This document shows, piece after piece, positions 51,966 through 64,000 of a DNA stretch of 64,000 bases. The stretch lies in assembly GCF_964355755.1 (NCBI RefSeq), contig NC_092671.1, positions 22,456,070 through 22,520,069 on the forward strand, written 5' to 3'. The notes beneath the pieces are model-generated. The model did no database searches, was not told the DNA's origin, and saw nothing but the letters and a program-made list of their open reading frames with translations. This DNA comes from Antedon mediterranea. Taxonomy: Eukaryota > Animalia > Echinodermata. Made by a program: the position numbers and the translations under genes. Each line of letters opens with the position of its first letter. Position 1 is the stretch's first letter.

Positions 51966-52071
51966 TGTTACCTGCACAGAAAAGTAGGCCCCTATTAAAT
52001 TTCAAGATCCAACGACCTGTGGAAAGTCACATGACCAGTTTGAGGTTGTTGCCTCTGGCATTGAGCTCATC

Positions 52072-52135
52072 ATTATTAAAGTGCTCGATCCAGAGTTAAC
52101 AACTTCTAACTGAGGTCTATGTAATTCTTTCGCAG
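52072..52135 (+). repeat. 64-bp intra-LTR direct repeat, copy R1 (R2 = 53526-53589)
   Basis: ATTATTAAAGTGCTCG...TTCTAAC...TTCTTTCGCAG identical in both copies; R1 is followed by GTAAGT. Confidence 0.97.
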
Positions 52136-53589
52136 GTAAGTTTATGATATTTTATATTCTTTTTAACTTATATATTATAATTATGACAATTTGTTATGTT
52201 ATGTTTCACAAGGATACTGAGTTATTTCTCCAGTACCCAGATTGAAATTATTAAGTAAGAAACTGAGAGGATAAACAGAGCGAATACTGTGATCAGATGA
52301 TTGTTGTTCATTTTAGAAAACAATCATTATATTTTAAGGTTAATGCTAGATGATTAAAGCCCCATTCCCTACGTTTTTTAGATCTATTTTAAGATCACAA
52401 ACTATATTTAATGTAAAAATAATACTATATGGTCCTATTGCGATAACTTTTTTCGTCTTTAAACGGTTAAAAATGTGAAAAATAAATCGATTCTAATAAT
52501 TATAGAGGCCCGCTATAAATCCCAAAATGCATTGCGCGCGGATTGATATTTTTGTTTTTCACCTGTAATTCGCCCACTTTTCGATCGATCGTGAAGCCAA
52601 AACAAATGGAAGACTCCTAACTTTTCAGCGAAAATACCGGGTTTTCCCCAATTTGTATCAACGGAGTCTGGCAAAAATAGAAAGACAATTAATGCAGCAA
52701 CTATACAACGTCAGGCTAGGTATATAGCTAGCGTACGATGTTCGTACGTTATCGATGTTTACTAGCTAGGCCTACAAAACTAAGCCTAGCTAGGCTAGGC
52801 CTAAGACCGTCCACGAGAGGTCGATCGCCGCGAGCTACTTAGGTAGTGCATTGTTTCTCACTTTTTATCATAATTTACCATAAAACGTACATTTAAGACA
52901 AGGAATGACATGGTTTAATGTTTTTAAAGTGATATATATGTATTATTTTCCAAAAAACGTCCAAAATTGCAGGGAAGGGGTCTTTAAGTTATGTATTTAG
53001 TACAGGATAGAGATAATAGCTAAATGTTTATACTTTCATTTTATGTCAATATAATGTAACGAATTATTAGGCTCAATAGCTATTAGAGGCCCTGTTAACA
53101 AAAAGAGTATATACAATGTATAAGGTTCATGACCTTGCCATTAATTGCTGTGGTATGTAAGGCTCTGCTAGTGGAACTGGCCGTTACTATGGTAACCAAG
53201 GTAGTGAGTCAATGTTGCACTGATAACTACACCCAGGGTACCAATTTAGAATTGGGTTTTATAACTATACTGGTTTCCTTATTTAGAAATCACATATGCT
53301 AGTGTAGAGTTGTATACACTGATAAGATGACCTTAAATTAATGTATCATGTTTTTGGTTTAATTCAGTCAGATAATTCAATCAATAATTAACGAGTTTAT
53401 GTAGAGATTATTTAGTTAGTTATTAAACATAATGTTGGGTAAAGGACCAATAGCTAGATTGATGTATTAGTTAAATTGTTTCATGTGTTAACACTCGTCA
53501 TTATAATTGTAATGTGTTAAGATTGATTATTAAAGTGCTCGATCCAGAGTTAACAACTTCTAACTGAGGTCTATGTAATTCTTTCGCAG
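52136..53589 (+). other. Predicted GT-AG intron inside the LTR (62949-63775 in the 3' LTR)
   Basis: CAG|GTAAGT donor; branch point TTCTAAC about 27 nt before TTCTTTCGCAG. Confidence 0.7.
52358..52983. mobile_element. Non-autonomous Kolobok-like element
   Basis: TTAA TSD, TIR AG(C/A)CCC(A/C)TTCCCT(A/G)C; absent from the 3' LTR (GATGATTAAGTTATG). Confidence 0.85.
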
Positions 53590-53613
53590 TCGAATATCCT
53601 GAACCGTAAAATC

Positions 53614-53630
53614 TGGCGATCCTGCCAGGA
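53614..53630 (+). promoter_or_regulatory. PBS complementary to tRNA-Arg(ACG)
   Basis: TGGCGATCCTGCCAGGA is the reverse complement of TCCTGGCAGGATCG-CCA, the invertebrate tRNA-Arg 3' end as I recall it. Confidence 0.8.
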
Positions 53631-53652
53631 CTATTCTGACAGAAGGATAAAC

Positions 53653-54816
53653 ATGGACCTCCAGACACTGGAGAGAGAAGTGAAGGATTGCTTGTATAAG
53701 CTAACCCTTCCTCAGCTAAAAGAGGTGGCTGGGGCAATCAAACAGGATGCAGGAATTGCAGACAAGCCAATCCGGGCAGTGTTAAAACATATTCTAAGGT
53801 ACCTCGAGAGCGAGGAGGTAGAGGCGCTTGAGGATGGAGGTGAGAGCGTCCTGTTGGTGGTAAGAACAAAAATGGAAGAGTTTAGAACATCCCCAACAAG
53901 CTCAACCGAAACCGAAACCACACCACCATTGCCGTCATCTATTGAGATGTTTAAAAGAGAATTAAAGATAAAGGGACAGATTGGGTCTACTGGACAAACT
54001 GACAAACTATCCTATTTAAGCGTGATGAGACAGATAGATGACAGTCTCACCCGTGGTTACAACCGTAGCGCCATTTTAAATGCTGTAACTATGGCTGTAA
54101 CAAGTGGAACTCCACTCCCAGGCTATCTAGAAAGTCAACCAGAAATGAGCCTAGCTCAACTCAGACGAGTCCTACGGTCCCATTTTAAGGAAGGAGATGC
54201 ATTGGACTCTTACCAACAACTATCTGCCGCTTACCAACAGCCAGGTGAATTGGCCCAAGAGTTCGTTGTCAGAGCTATGAATCTCCGTCAAAAGGTGAGG
54301 TTTTCATCCAATGAGGAAGGGGCACCACTGATGTATGATGATCAATTGTTGAGAAGCACGTTCCTCCAAACACTGCAGACAGGTCTTAGAAGAAACTTGC
54401 GCATTGAGATGAGAGAGCACCTTCAGGAACCCAATATCTCAGATGAAGACCTCCTTGAGAGACTAGTCAGAGTGGAAAACCTCGAAGATAAACGGAAACA
54501 GAAACAATGTACATCAAATACTGTAAAGGTTGCCAGTGCAACCGTTACCACATCTTCGCCCAGTGATGAAATCAAGATGCTGGTAGAAGGTTTGAAGACA
54601 CTACAGGCAAGTGTTTCAGCTTTACAGGGAGTTGTACAACACACAAACAAAGGTAGACGGAAGTCAAGAGGAAGAGGATGTAACAGTTGCAAGCAGGACG
54701 GTAAGGGAGATGATTGTAGGCATTGTTACAGGTGTGGAGGTGACAACCATTTCGCTAGGGCTTGCACCTCCAACCAGGGAAACGGACCCCGATCATCCCA
54801 ACGGGACTTGGAATGA
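53653..54816 (+). CDS. gag: Gag of Gypsy-B
   Basis: 387 aa; QQPGE..QEF..R motif; C-terminal CNSC...[17 protein letters not shown]. Confidence 0.92.
   Translation: MDLQTLEREVKDCLYKLTLPQLKEVAGAIKQDAGIADKPIRAVLKHILRYLESEEVEALEDGGESVLLVVRTKMEEFRTSPTSSTETETTPPLPSSIEMFKRELKIKGQIGSTGQTDKLSYLSVMRQIDDSLTRGYNRSAILNAVTMAVTSGTPLPGYLESQPEMSLAQLRRVLRSHFKEGDALDSYQQLSAAYQQPGELAQEFVVRAMNLRQKVRFSSNEEGAPLMYDDQLLRSTFLQTLQTGLRRNLRIEMREHLQEPNISDEDLLERLVRVENLEDKRKQKQCTSNTVKVASATVTTSSPSDEIKMLVEGLKTLQASVSALQGVVQHTNKGRRKSRGRGCNSCKQDGKGDDCRHCYRCGGDNHFARACTSNQGNGPRSSQRDLE
54777..54783 (+). promoter_or_regulatory. -1 frameshift slippery site G GGA AAC
   Basis: X XXY YYZ in the gag frame; the overlapping pol ORF is in the -1 frame. 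Confidence 0.85.
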
Positions 54817-57800
54817 TCGTAGAAAACCCCAACATGTCCCCTAACTCCAAGAAGCGTGAGATAGAGGTGGCCAAAGGTGATCACATGTATCAAGGCCAGT
54901 CTGGGATTGATCACTCGAAAGGAAGTCACAGTAACCAGTCGAAGTTTGATCCAGAAAAGAAGCACCAAATTAGCCACCTCACACCTGGGCAACACCTAAG
55001 ATTAGTCAACCTCATAGGTAGACGATGCACTGTCAAATGCAAATTAAACGGGAACATTGAAGAGGTTCTATGGGACACAGGTTCTCAAGTGTCGATTGTG
55101 TCTCAGACATGGTGGAAGACAAATTGCCAAGGTGAACCGCTGAGGAATTTAAGGGAGCTTTTGCAATCAGATCTCAAACTTACTGCTGCAAATGGTACTG
55201 ATATACCTTATATAGGATGGCTTTCTCTGAAACTTCAACTTTTATCTACTAATAATAATGATCCCTCAACATTTTCTACTTTAGTACCAGTCTTAGTAAC
55301 AGCTGATGAACTTCAACAACCAATCATTGGCTACAACGTAATCAAGGAAATTGTACAAATTGAGCAACCAGAACTTGTTAGGACAGTAAAAACATCATTT
55401 TCAAAATGTAATAACATCAAAGCTCAGAAGTTAATTTCAATGATGCGAAATTCCGATCCTAAAGATTTTTGTAATATATATTCAGGAAATTTGGTACATG
55501 AGGTCCCAGCGAAACAGACAACGTTCATACGAGTTAGAGCTATAACTGGTCCTATCCAGGAGGAGAAGATGATGGTGATAATTGAACCATTACTTGAACC
55601 ACATCTCCCCGATGGATTAGAAGTCAACGAAAATGTAGTAGAGCTAACATGCCGTCCCTGTAATGATATCAGAGTCTCAGTTACCAACAAAACGGACCAA
55701 AATTTGATAATTCCCAAGAAGACCTTATTGGGGAAGTTACAACTTGTGAGAGCTATCTATCGAGGTGTGTTCGAAGCTGGAAGCGATGAAGTTGTGCCAA
55801 CAGTAGGGGTACAGACGGCCAGAGTAGATGTGACGCCAGAAATCAATACTAGAAACTGGAAGTCTCAACTTGACTTGAGTCATCTAAGTTGCGATCAACA
55901 GCATATAGTAAATCAGATGCTTGACGAAGAATCCAATAGTTTCTCCCACGGTGAGCAAGACATGGGTTCGATACCAAGCCTACAAATGAAGATTAACTTA
56001 CTCGATAACATCCCAGTCCAGAAGACGTATCAGTCCATACCAAGACCTCTTTTTCAGGAAGTCAAAGACTACCTTACTGATTTAATTGATCGAGGATGGA
56101 TCGTCAAATCCGAATCTCCGTATGCATCACCCGTCGTGTGCGTTCGTAAGAAGGATGGAGGACTTCGGTTATGCATTGACTATCGGGAGTTAAACCGCAA
56201 GACGATCCCTGATTGCCAACCTATTCCCCGAATTCAAGACGTTCTCGACAGCCTTGGTGGAAACCGCTGGTTTAGTACCCTTGATCAAGGAAAGGCGTAC
56301 CATCAAGGATATATGACAACCGATAGCAGACCACTCACCGCTTTTGTAACACCTTGGGGTCTTCATGAATGGGTCCGAATACCTTTTGGACTCAAGAATG
56401 CCCCAGCTGCATACCAACGATGCATGGAAGACGCATTAGAAGGTCTAAACCACCAAATCTGTGAGGTCTACCTAGACGATATTATTGTTTATGGGAAGAC
56501 ATTCGAAGAACATCAAATCAACCTACAGAAAGTACTAAAACGTATACAAGAAAAAGGAATGAAATTGAAACCTGCCAAATGCAAACTGTTTCAATCTGAA
56601 GTGAAGTACTTGGGGAAAATCATTAGCCACGAAGGCTACCGGCCTGACCCTCGAGACACCGAAGCATTATACACCTTGAAGTCCAACATTCCTCGGACTG
56701 TAGGGGAAGTAAGAAAACTGCTAGGATTTACGGGATATTACCGTCGGTATCTTAGGGACTACTCCAAGCGAGCCAAACCATTATTTGTGCTGCTAACCCA
56801 AGCTGGTACTACTACAAAGAATAACCAATCAACCAATAAAAAGAACCAGAGAAAGAAACAGAAGAAACACAGTAATAGAAAGGACAACGGACAAGTTCCA
56901 TCTTCAACTCCAATAACATGGCTCCCAGAGTACCAACAAATAGTTGATTCATTCATTGACGAGTTAAGCCGAGCTCCGATTATGGCGTTTCCTGATTTTG
57001 AGAGACCGTTTGAGCTGCATACAGATGCCTCACAAGATGGACTTGGTGCGGTCTTATATCAACGCCAAGATGGAGTACTACGAGTCATAGGATACGGATC
57101 TCGTTCCCTTACACCAGCGGAAAAGAATTATCACCTTCACTCAGGCAAGCTGGAATTCCTAGCCCTGAAGTGGGCCATAACTAGTCACTTCAGAGATTAC
57201 CTATCCTTTGCAAAGTCATTTACCGTTTATACGGACAACAATCCTCTAACTTACATACTAACCACTGCCAAATTGAATGCCGTAGGTCATAGATGGGTTG
57301 CAGAACTTGCAGACTTTAATTTTACCATTAAATACAGGCCAGGTCGCAACAACGAAGATGCAGATGTACTATCAAGAATTCCGATGTCACCCAGTGAATT
57401 TGATCAATGTACTGAAGAAATTTCACCATTGGTAATGGATGCTGTTGTTCAAGGTATTGCAATACAACAAACAGCTGACTTTGCTTACATCAATCATATC
57501 GTTACTGATCATGTGCATATACAAGACCAACCATTTGGCATCACACCGAACCTATCTACATTATCAATTGCGGAAGTACGTTTGGCTCAAGAAGATGACC
57601 CTGCCCTTGCAAGATTCCGAGAATACAAAACCAAAAGTAGATGGCCCACTAGAGCCGAGCGCACCAATGAGATTCCTGAAACCAGGACCCTGATGCGGGA
57701 GTGGAGTAAAATCCATCTTGATAAAGATGGTATTCTTCGCCGGACGACGAAGACTAGGACACAACTATTGATCCCGAAAAGCCTTCGTCCGATGATACTC

Positions 57801-59121
57801 AAATCGCTACATAATGAGATGGGACATCTTGGCACTGAGAGGGTACTTATACTAATCCGAGAGAGGTTCTACTGGCCTCACATGGAAACTAACATCAACC
57901 ATTATATAAAACAAGAATGTAGTTGTGTGAAAGACAAGAAGCCATCCAGAATTACACGTGCACCTCTGGTAAACATCAAGACATCGGAACCATTTGAACT
58001 TGTCTCCATAGATTTCCTTCACCTTGACAAATGTAAAGGAGGATATGAGTACATCCTCGTAGTGATGGATCATTTTACAAGATTCGCTCAGGCTTATCCA
58101 ACCACCAACAAGTCGGGCAAGACAGTTGCTGACAGGATTTTCAACGACTTTGTTCTGAAGTTCGGTTATCCATGCAGACTACATCATGACCAGGGTCGTG
58201 AATTTGAAAACTCTCTATTTCGACGCCTTGAACAACTCAGTGAAGTCAGGGGTTCCCGAACTACACCATATCACCCTCAGGGGAATGGACAGGTCGAGAG
58301 GTTCAACCGAACCCTGTTGTCAATGCTCCGCACTTTAACTACAGAGCAGAAGCATGACTGGAAACAACATCTCAACAAGGTTGTTCATGCCTATAATGTT
58401 ACTCGACATGAAAGCACAGGTTATTCACCTCATTACTTATTGTATGGGCGGTCACCCCGACTGCCAATTGATCTTGCATTTGGATTATCCCCAGATGGTG
58501 ATGCCGCTGCAAGTGAACACCATGAATATGCCAAGAACTGGAAAATGAGGATGGAAGAGGCATACGCTTTAGCTAGATCGAATATGCAGAAATTAGCAGA
58601 AAGAAGTAAACACCGACATGACCAACAACGGCCAATCAGTACATCATTATAACCAGGTGATAGAGTCCTGATCAAGAACTGTGTTCCACCAGGTGGTCCT
58701 GGGAAACTTCAAAGCTTCTATGAGGACAGAATATACATAGTGGTCGCGCAAAAACAGGAGTTGCCAGTGTATGAAGTTCGCCCAGAAAACGGTAATGGTA
58801 GAGTACGGACTCTACATAGGAATTTACTTTGTCCCTGTGACGCTTTAGTACCAGATACTCAAAATGTTGCATCGAAAAAGAAGACAAAGATAACTCCAGA
58901 ACAACGATTACCTAGTGATTCGACGGAGAAGGTTACACCACAACCTGATACAGATTCAGTAGGTTCGGATGAAGAAGATGAAGTATATTTACAATATCCC
59001 CTATTAACCAATCCAGAACCACAATATGCATGTACCAGTAATGATTCATTGGTACAAGTTGAACCATATGCCACCCCACCAACAGCAGAGGATCCTACAG
59101 TGGATGAAAAGCACATGGAGG

Positions 59122-61915
59122 CAGCCGGTGTAAGATTGAATTGTGTCCAGCATTCAAAAGTGTCCGGGCGGACACTTTTCAGCATTGGATAGTGTCCAGT
59201 TGCATGTTTCAACTGGTTCGTGGGCGTTTTTCAACAATTTAATGCTGTCCGGCCCGTTTAATAATGTCTGACCCATGGATTGAAATGCGTCCACTATTAA
59301 ATACTGTATCATACGTTTTATGATAGGTGGTTGTTTTTATCACGCCTGCACTTGTCTTGTCTTCTTTAAATAACCAATAATACTTAATGATGCCAAACTA
59401 ATTTTTTTTTTCTAATTAAAGATCGCTTTGCCTAAACACCTCCAATTAGGAACCATTATATTATTTGGTATGTGAAAAGACAAGAAGAATAAATAATTGT
59501 TAAGTATGTGACAAAAACAAGTAAATGAAGTGGTCCTCTTCCAATTAAAAATCACTTTACCTAAAACACCTCTAATTAGCGACCATTATATTATTTAGTA
59601 TTAATAAAGCAAGAAGAATATATAGTTATTAATTATGTGACAAAAAACAAGTAATTGTACTGGTCCTCTTTCAATAAAGGACCACTTTACTTAAAACACC
59701 TCCAATTAGCGACCATTTTTATTAATTGGTATGAGTAAAGACAATAATAATTAATAGTTTTAATTATGTGACAAAATTAAGTAACTGTACTGACTGGTCC
59801 GCTTCCAATTAAAGATCACTTTACTTTAAGACACCTCTAATTAGTGACCATTTTTATTAATTGGTATGAGTAAAGGCAAGAATAATTAATAGTTTAATTA
59901 TGTGACAAAATTAAGTAATTGTACTGGTCCGCTTCCAATTAAAGGTCACTTTACTTTAAGACACCTAATTAGCGACCATTGTATTAATTGGTAGGAGTAA
60001 ATACAAGAAGAATACATAGTTTTAATTATGATAGTGACAAAATTAAGTAACTGTACTAGTCCTCTTCCAGTTATAGATCACTTTACACCTCCAATTAACG
60101 ACCATTTCATTAATTGGTATGAGTAAAGACAATAATAATTAATAGTTTTAATTATGTGACAAAATTAAGTAACTGTACTGGTCCGCTTCCAATTAAAGAT
60201 CACTTTACTTTAAGACACCTCTAATTAGTGACCATTTTTATTAATTGGTATGAGTAAAGGCAAGAATAATTAATAGTTTAATTATGTGACAAAATTAAGT
60301 AAATGTACTGGTCCTCTTCCAATTAAAGATCACTTCAATTTAAACACTTCCATTTAGCGACCGTTTTATTATTTTGTATGAGTACAGACAAGAGGAATAA
60401 ATAGTTTATAATCATGTGATAAAAAACAAGTAATTGTACTGGTCCTCTTCCAATTAAAGATCACTTTACTTTAAGACACTTCCAATTAGTGACCGTTTTA
60501 TTATTTTGTATGAGCACAGACAAGAGGAATAAATAGTTTATAATCATGTGATAAAAAAAAGTAATTGTACTGGTCCTCTTCCAATTAAAGATCACTTTAC
60601 TTTAAGACACTTCCAATTAGCGACGGTTTTATTATTTTGTATGAGTAAAGACAAGAAGTTTAAATAGTTTATAATCATGTGACAAAAAACAAGTAATTGT
60701 ACTGGTCCTCTTCCAATTAAAGATCACTTTACTGTAAGACAGACAGATGACAGTTAACAGACTAAAAGGTGAAATATCTCCCGAGAGCCGCTGTTTTGAG
60801 GTTGACCTGACAATTGTGGCCATTACCAATTGGGACATTACCCTTGCTGGACATCTGGTAACAATAAATACTGATTATGCTGCCACTTTAGTACACAAAA
60901 CGATAAATAAAAGAAAAATAATACAACTTGTAGCATTCCCTTAGGCCCTGTTCAAAACTGCTAGTGTAGAAAAATCAAATCCACCCATGTAATAAAACCT
61001 AGAACTAGCTAATGATGTAGAAACACCAACAGCTTATTTATTAAATAAAAATCAACATATACTAATGTATGTAACTCAACAGGTAATGTAGTAACGAAAA
61101 TTGCCTCACAGCTAATGTAGTTAATATCGCCAGCTAATAAAATATTATATATTTTACAAACCTAAATGTCTAAATCATGTGCAAATGTATTATTAATATT
61201 ATTAAATTAGTAACAGTATTATGAATATTACAAAATAATATTTTGAGAACTAAAAAATATTTTGAGGGAACAATAGTTAGGGAGAACAAAATAAGATTTC
61301 AAGAACTGAACAATATAAAAAACGAATTACTACTTCGAGACAAGGAATGATCGAGAGAACGAAATAATTTCGAGGGAAATTATTTTGTTCTCTCGCGAAT
61401 TAGTAATTCGAATTCCAATGAAATAATATTTCGAGAGAACAAAAATAGGTAGGCCCTATGCCTATATGATTTAGTGATATTCATTCCCTAGAAATAATAA
61501 TACAGTACCGGTAGGCTATATATTTTTTCAAGTTGTCGATTTACTTCAAATTGACAACAGGTTGTATATACTCAATCAAAAACAAACAATTTAATTGGAT
61601 TAGACTATATGTCTCCAGATATAATAATAGTAATATTTATTTCAATCGACTTGATATTTTGCGATTCAAGTTGGTATTCTAAGGAATTATAATTACCCTA
61701 ACGGGAGTTGGTGATCGTCCAGTGCCCTAGTTTTTACGGGGTTAATATGATGTCGATGTCAATATGATGTCGATGTCGATGGTCCTACTTTTTTATCGAT
61801 GAAAGCTGCCCGGGTGGTTGCAGCCATTTTCAACAGCTGGTATTACACTATTCAATGCTGAAAATTGTCCAGTGGACACTTTCAAACACCGGACACATTT
61901 AAATCTTACACCGGC
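59122..61915. mobile_element. Non-autonomous TIR element (hAT-like CAG start) carrying a satellite-like array
   Basis: TIR GCCGGTGTAAGATT(G/T)AA(T/A)TGTGTCC extending about 75 bp imperfectly; TSD not recoverable. Confidence 0.75.
59410..60735. repeat. Tandem array of about 10 units of about 125-135 bp
   Basis: CTGGTCCTCTTCCAATTAAAGATCACTTTAC recurs at about 59531, 59660, 59795, 59924, 60056, 60178, 60308, 60439, 60570 and 60701. Confidence 0.93.
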
Positions 61916-62778
61916 GACACACAACATGCTGATATGGATGAACCAGTTAGTTCAAATGAACAGGTACCAGCAGCAGAGATTGGACGACCAGTTCGTCATC
62001 GCCAACCTCCTACTTTGTTTGGCTACCACAACTTGGGCACACCAGCACCAGGCTGTATGCAGATAAATGGTGCTAACACCAGACCACTACAAAATCCATA
62101 TTGGGACAACCACTACCGGAATGGACCTATCCAATTTTATCCACAACCAACTCAATATGCAACTCAACAACCAATCTGTACAGAATTTCATCCTACCAGA
62201 CAATGGATACCACCTACTGTACCAGGCCAATATCCAATGTTTCACAGAAAGTGTTAGGACCTGATGAAATTGAACATTGATTGTAAAAGAAAGTGGATTT
62301 ATTTGTTACCCAATTGGTTATTGACAGAACTTACAAGTGTTTGTGATTGAGTACTACAAAGAGATGGTTGATAATGTACCATGAGCAACAGGTAACTATT
62401 CAGGCTGTGCATAAACATTGAGATGGTATCTACGGGGAATCACAAACTGGAACCAACCTGGTAATGACAGTGCATTGTGTACAGTTGTCGACAGATAACA
62501 TGGACCAGCTAGTCTTCTATGGATGTATCGTTATTGGACGACGCATGGGTATGTCGCATGCATGCAACCCTTGCACATCCCTCTTAGACACCATGGAATG
62601 AGGTAGTATCTGGAGTTTAGCTATGGCTAACTGTAAGAAGCTGGATCCTACATTCTAATATTGTGACACAATGAACTGTAGCAATTATCACTTAGATAAA
62701 CTGTAAATAACTGAAATTTAATAAATATGTGTATTCGTTTGTGGATGTCGGGGACGACATCACATTTGTGGGGGAGTA

Positions 62779-63797
62779 TGTTACCTGCACAGAAAAGTAG
62801 GTCCCTATTAAATTTCGAGATCCAACGACCTGTGGAAAGTCACATGACCAGTTTGAGGTTGTTGCCTCTGGCATTGAGCTCATCATTATTAAAGTGCTCG
62901 ATCCAGAGTTAACAACTTCTAACTGAGGTCTATGTAATTCTTTCACAGGTAAGTTTATGATATTTTATATTCTTTTTAACTTATATATATTATAATTATG
63001 ACAATTTGTTATGTTATGTTTCACAAGGATACTGAGTTATTTCTCCAGTACCCAGATTGAAATTATTAAGTAAGAAACTGAGAGGATAAACAGAGCGAAT
63101 ACTGTGATCAGATGATTGTTGTTCATTTTAGAAAACAATCATTATATTTTAAGGTTAATGCTAGATGATTAAGTTATGTATTTAGTACAGGATAGAGATA
63201 ATAGCTAAATGTTTATACTTTCATTTTATGTCAATATAATGTAACGAATTATTAGGCTCAATAGCTATTAGAGGCCCTGTTAACAAAAAGAGTATATACA
63301 ATGTATAAGGTTCATGACCTTGCCATTAATTGCTGTGGTATGTAAGGCTCTGCTAGTGGAACTGGCCGTTACTATGGTAACCAAGGTAGTGAGTCAATAG
63401 TTGCACTGATAACTACACCCATGGTACCAATTTAGAATTGGGTTTTATAACTATACTGGTTTCCTTATTTAGAAATCACATATGCTAGTGTAGAGTTGTA
63501 TACACTGATAAGATGACCTTAAATTAATGTATCATGTTTTTGGTTTAATTCAGTCAGATAATTCAATCAATAATTAACGAGTTTATGTAGAGATTATTTA
63601 GTTAGTTATTAAACATAATGTTGGGTAAAGGACCAATAGCTAGATTGATGTATTAGTTAAATTGTTTCATGTGTTAACACTCGTCATTATAATTGTAATG
63701 TGTTAAGATTGATTATTAAAGTGCTCGATCCAGAGTTAACAACTTCTAACTGAGGTCTATGTAATTCTTTCGCAGTCGAATATCCTGAACCGTAAAA
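62779..63797 (+). repeat. 3' LTR of Gypsy-B (R1 62885-62948, R2 63712-63775)
   Basis: TGTTACC...CCGTAAAA followed by ATAG. Confidence 0.95.
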
Positions 63798-63801
63798 ATA
63801 G

Positions 63802-64000
63802 ATTATATAAATTATTTAAGAAATATCAAATATATCAATAATAAAAGAATTTACAAAGAACCTTCAACCAATAATAGTTTAAATTGACGTTTAAATAAAG
63901 CACAGTTATGAGATTTTTTAAGGGATAAAGGAAGAGAATTCCAGAGTTTAGGTCCAGTGTATACAAGGGTATTCATTTTAAGACTAGTTCGAGTAAATGA
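63802..64000 (-). mobile_element. L2/CR1-group LINE ORF2 C-terminus
   Basis: Minus NTLVYTGPKLWNSLPLSLKKS...FKRQFK motif. Confidence 0.7.

Larger units (their letters stand above)
51966..53611 (+). repeat. 5' LTR of Gypsy-B (includes Kolobok-like insertion)
   Basis: Direct repeat of 62779-63797 with about 6 small differences seen. Confidence 0.95.
54783..62257 (+). pseudogene. pol: Pol of Gypsy-B (PR WDTGS, RT YLDD, RH TDAS, IN); TAA at 58650-58652; tail split by insertion 59122-61915
   Basis: The frame continues after the stop as PGDRVLIKN..PGKL; the tail RPVRHRQPPTLFGY..LGTP resumes at 61916. Confidence 0.93.
51966..63797 (+). mobile_element. Ty3/Gypsy LTR retrotransposon (Gypsy-B) with two DNA-transposon insertions
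   Basis: About 1.02-kb LTRs, TSD ATAG (or AATAG), tRNA-Arg PBS, gag/pol, short PPT at about 62768-62778. Confidence 0.96.

Noticed and set aside
59410-60735. CRISPR-like appearance of regularly spaced repeats
   Set aside because: The whole unit is repeated (no unique spacers), there are no cas genes, and the context is eukaryotic.

Overview
AT-rich eukaryotic DNA, probably from a marine invertebrate (inference). It is almost entirely a stack of transposable elements inserted into a decayed, tandemly duplicated gene region. (1) A full-length Ty3/Gypsy LTR retrotransposon (42-8492) has LTRs identical by eye, an HHDD RT motif and one in-frame stop, and sits in an intron of a PKHD1L1/fibrocystin-L-like pseudogene. 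(2) A decayed BEL/Pao element (17559-34343, minus) carries a P-like MITE, a non-autonomous derivative of the first Gypsy, and a Helitron that itself contains a 5'-truncated Tx1/L1 LINE. (3) A ~4.5 kb segmental duplicate with phase-1 micro-exons is interrupted by an Academ remnant holding a Helentron-type HINE. (4) There is a three-level TIR/MULE nest. (5) A second Gypsy (51966-63797) has a tRNA-Arg PBS and a GGGAAAC frameshift. The most striking signal is in the LTR of this second Gypsy: an exact 64-bp direct repeat that starts at an Inr-like base and contains ATTAAA, a branch point and a 3' splice site. Its two copies bracket a GT-AG intron, suggesting an LTR that can be spliced at the RNA 5' end yet regenerate its intron during strand transfer. 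All comparisons were made by eye; no database searches were run.
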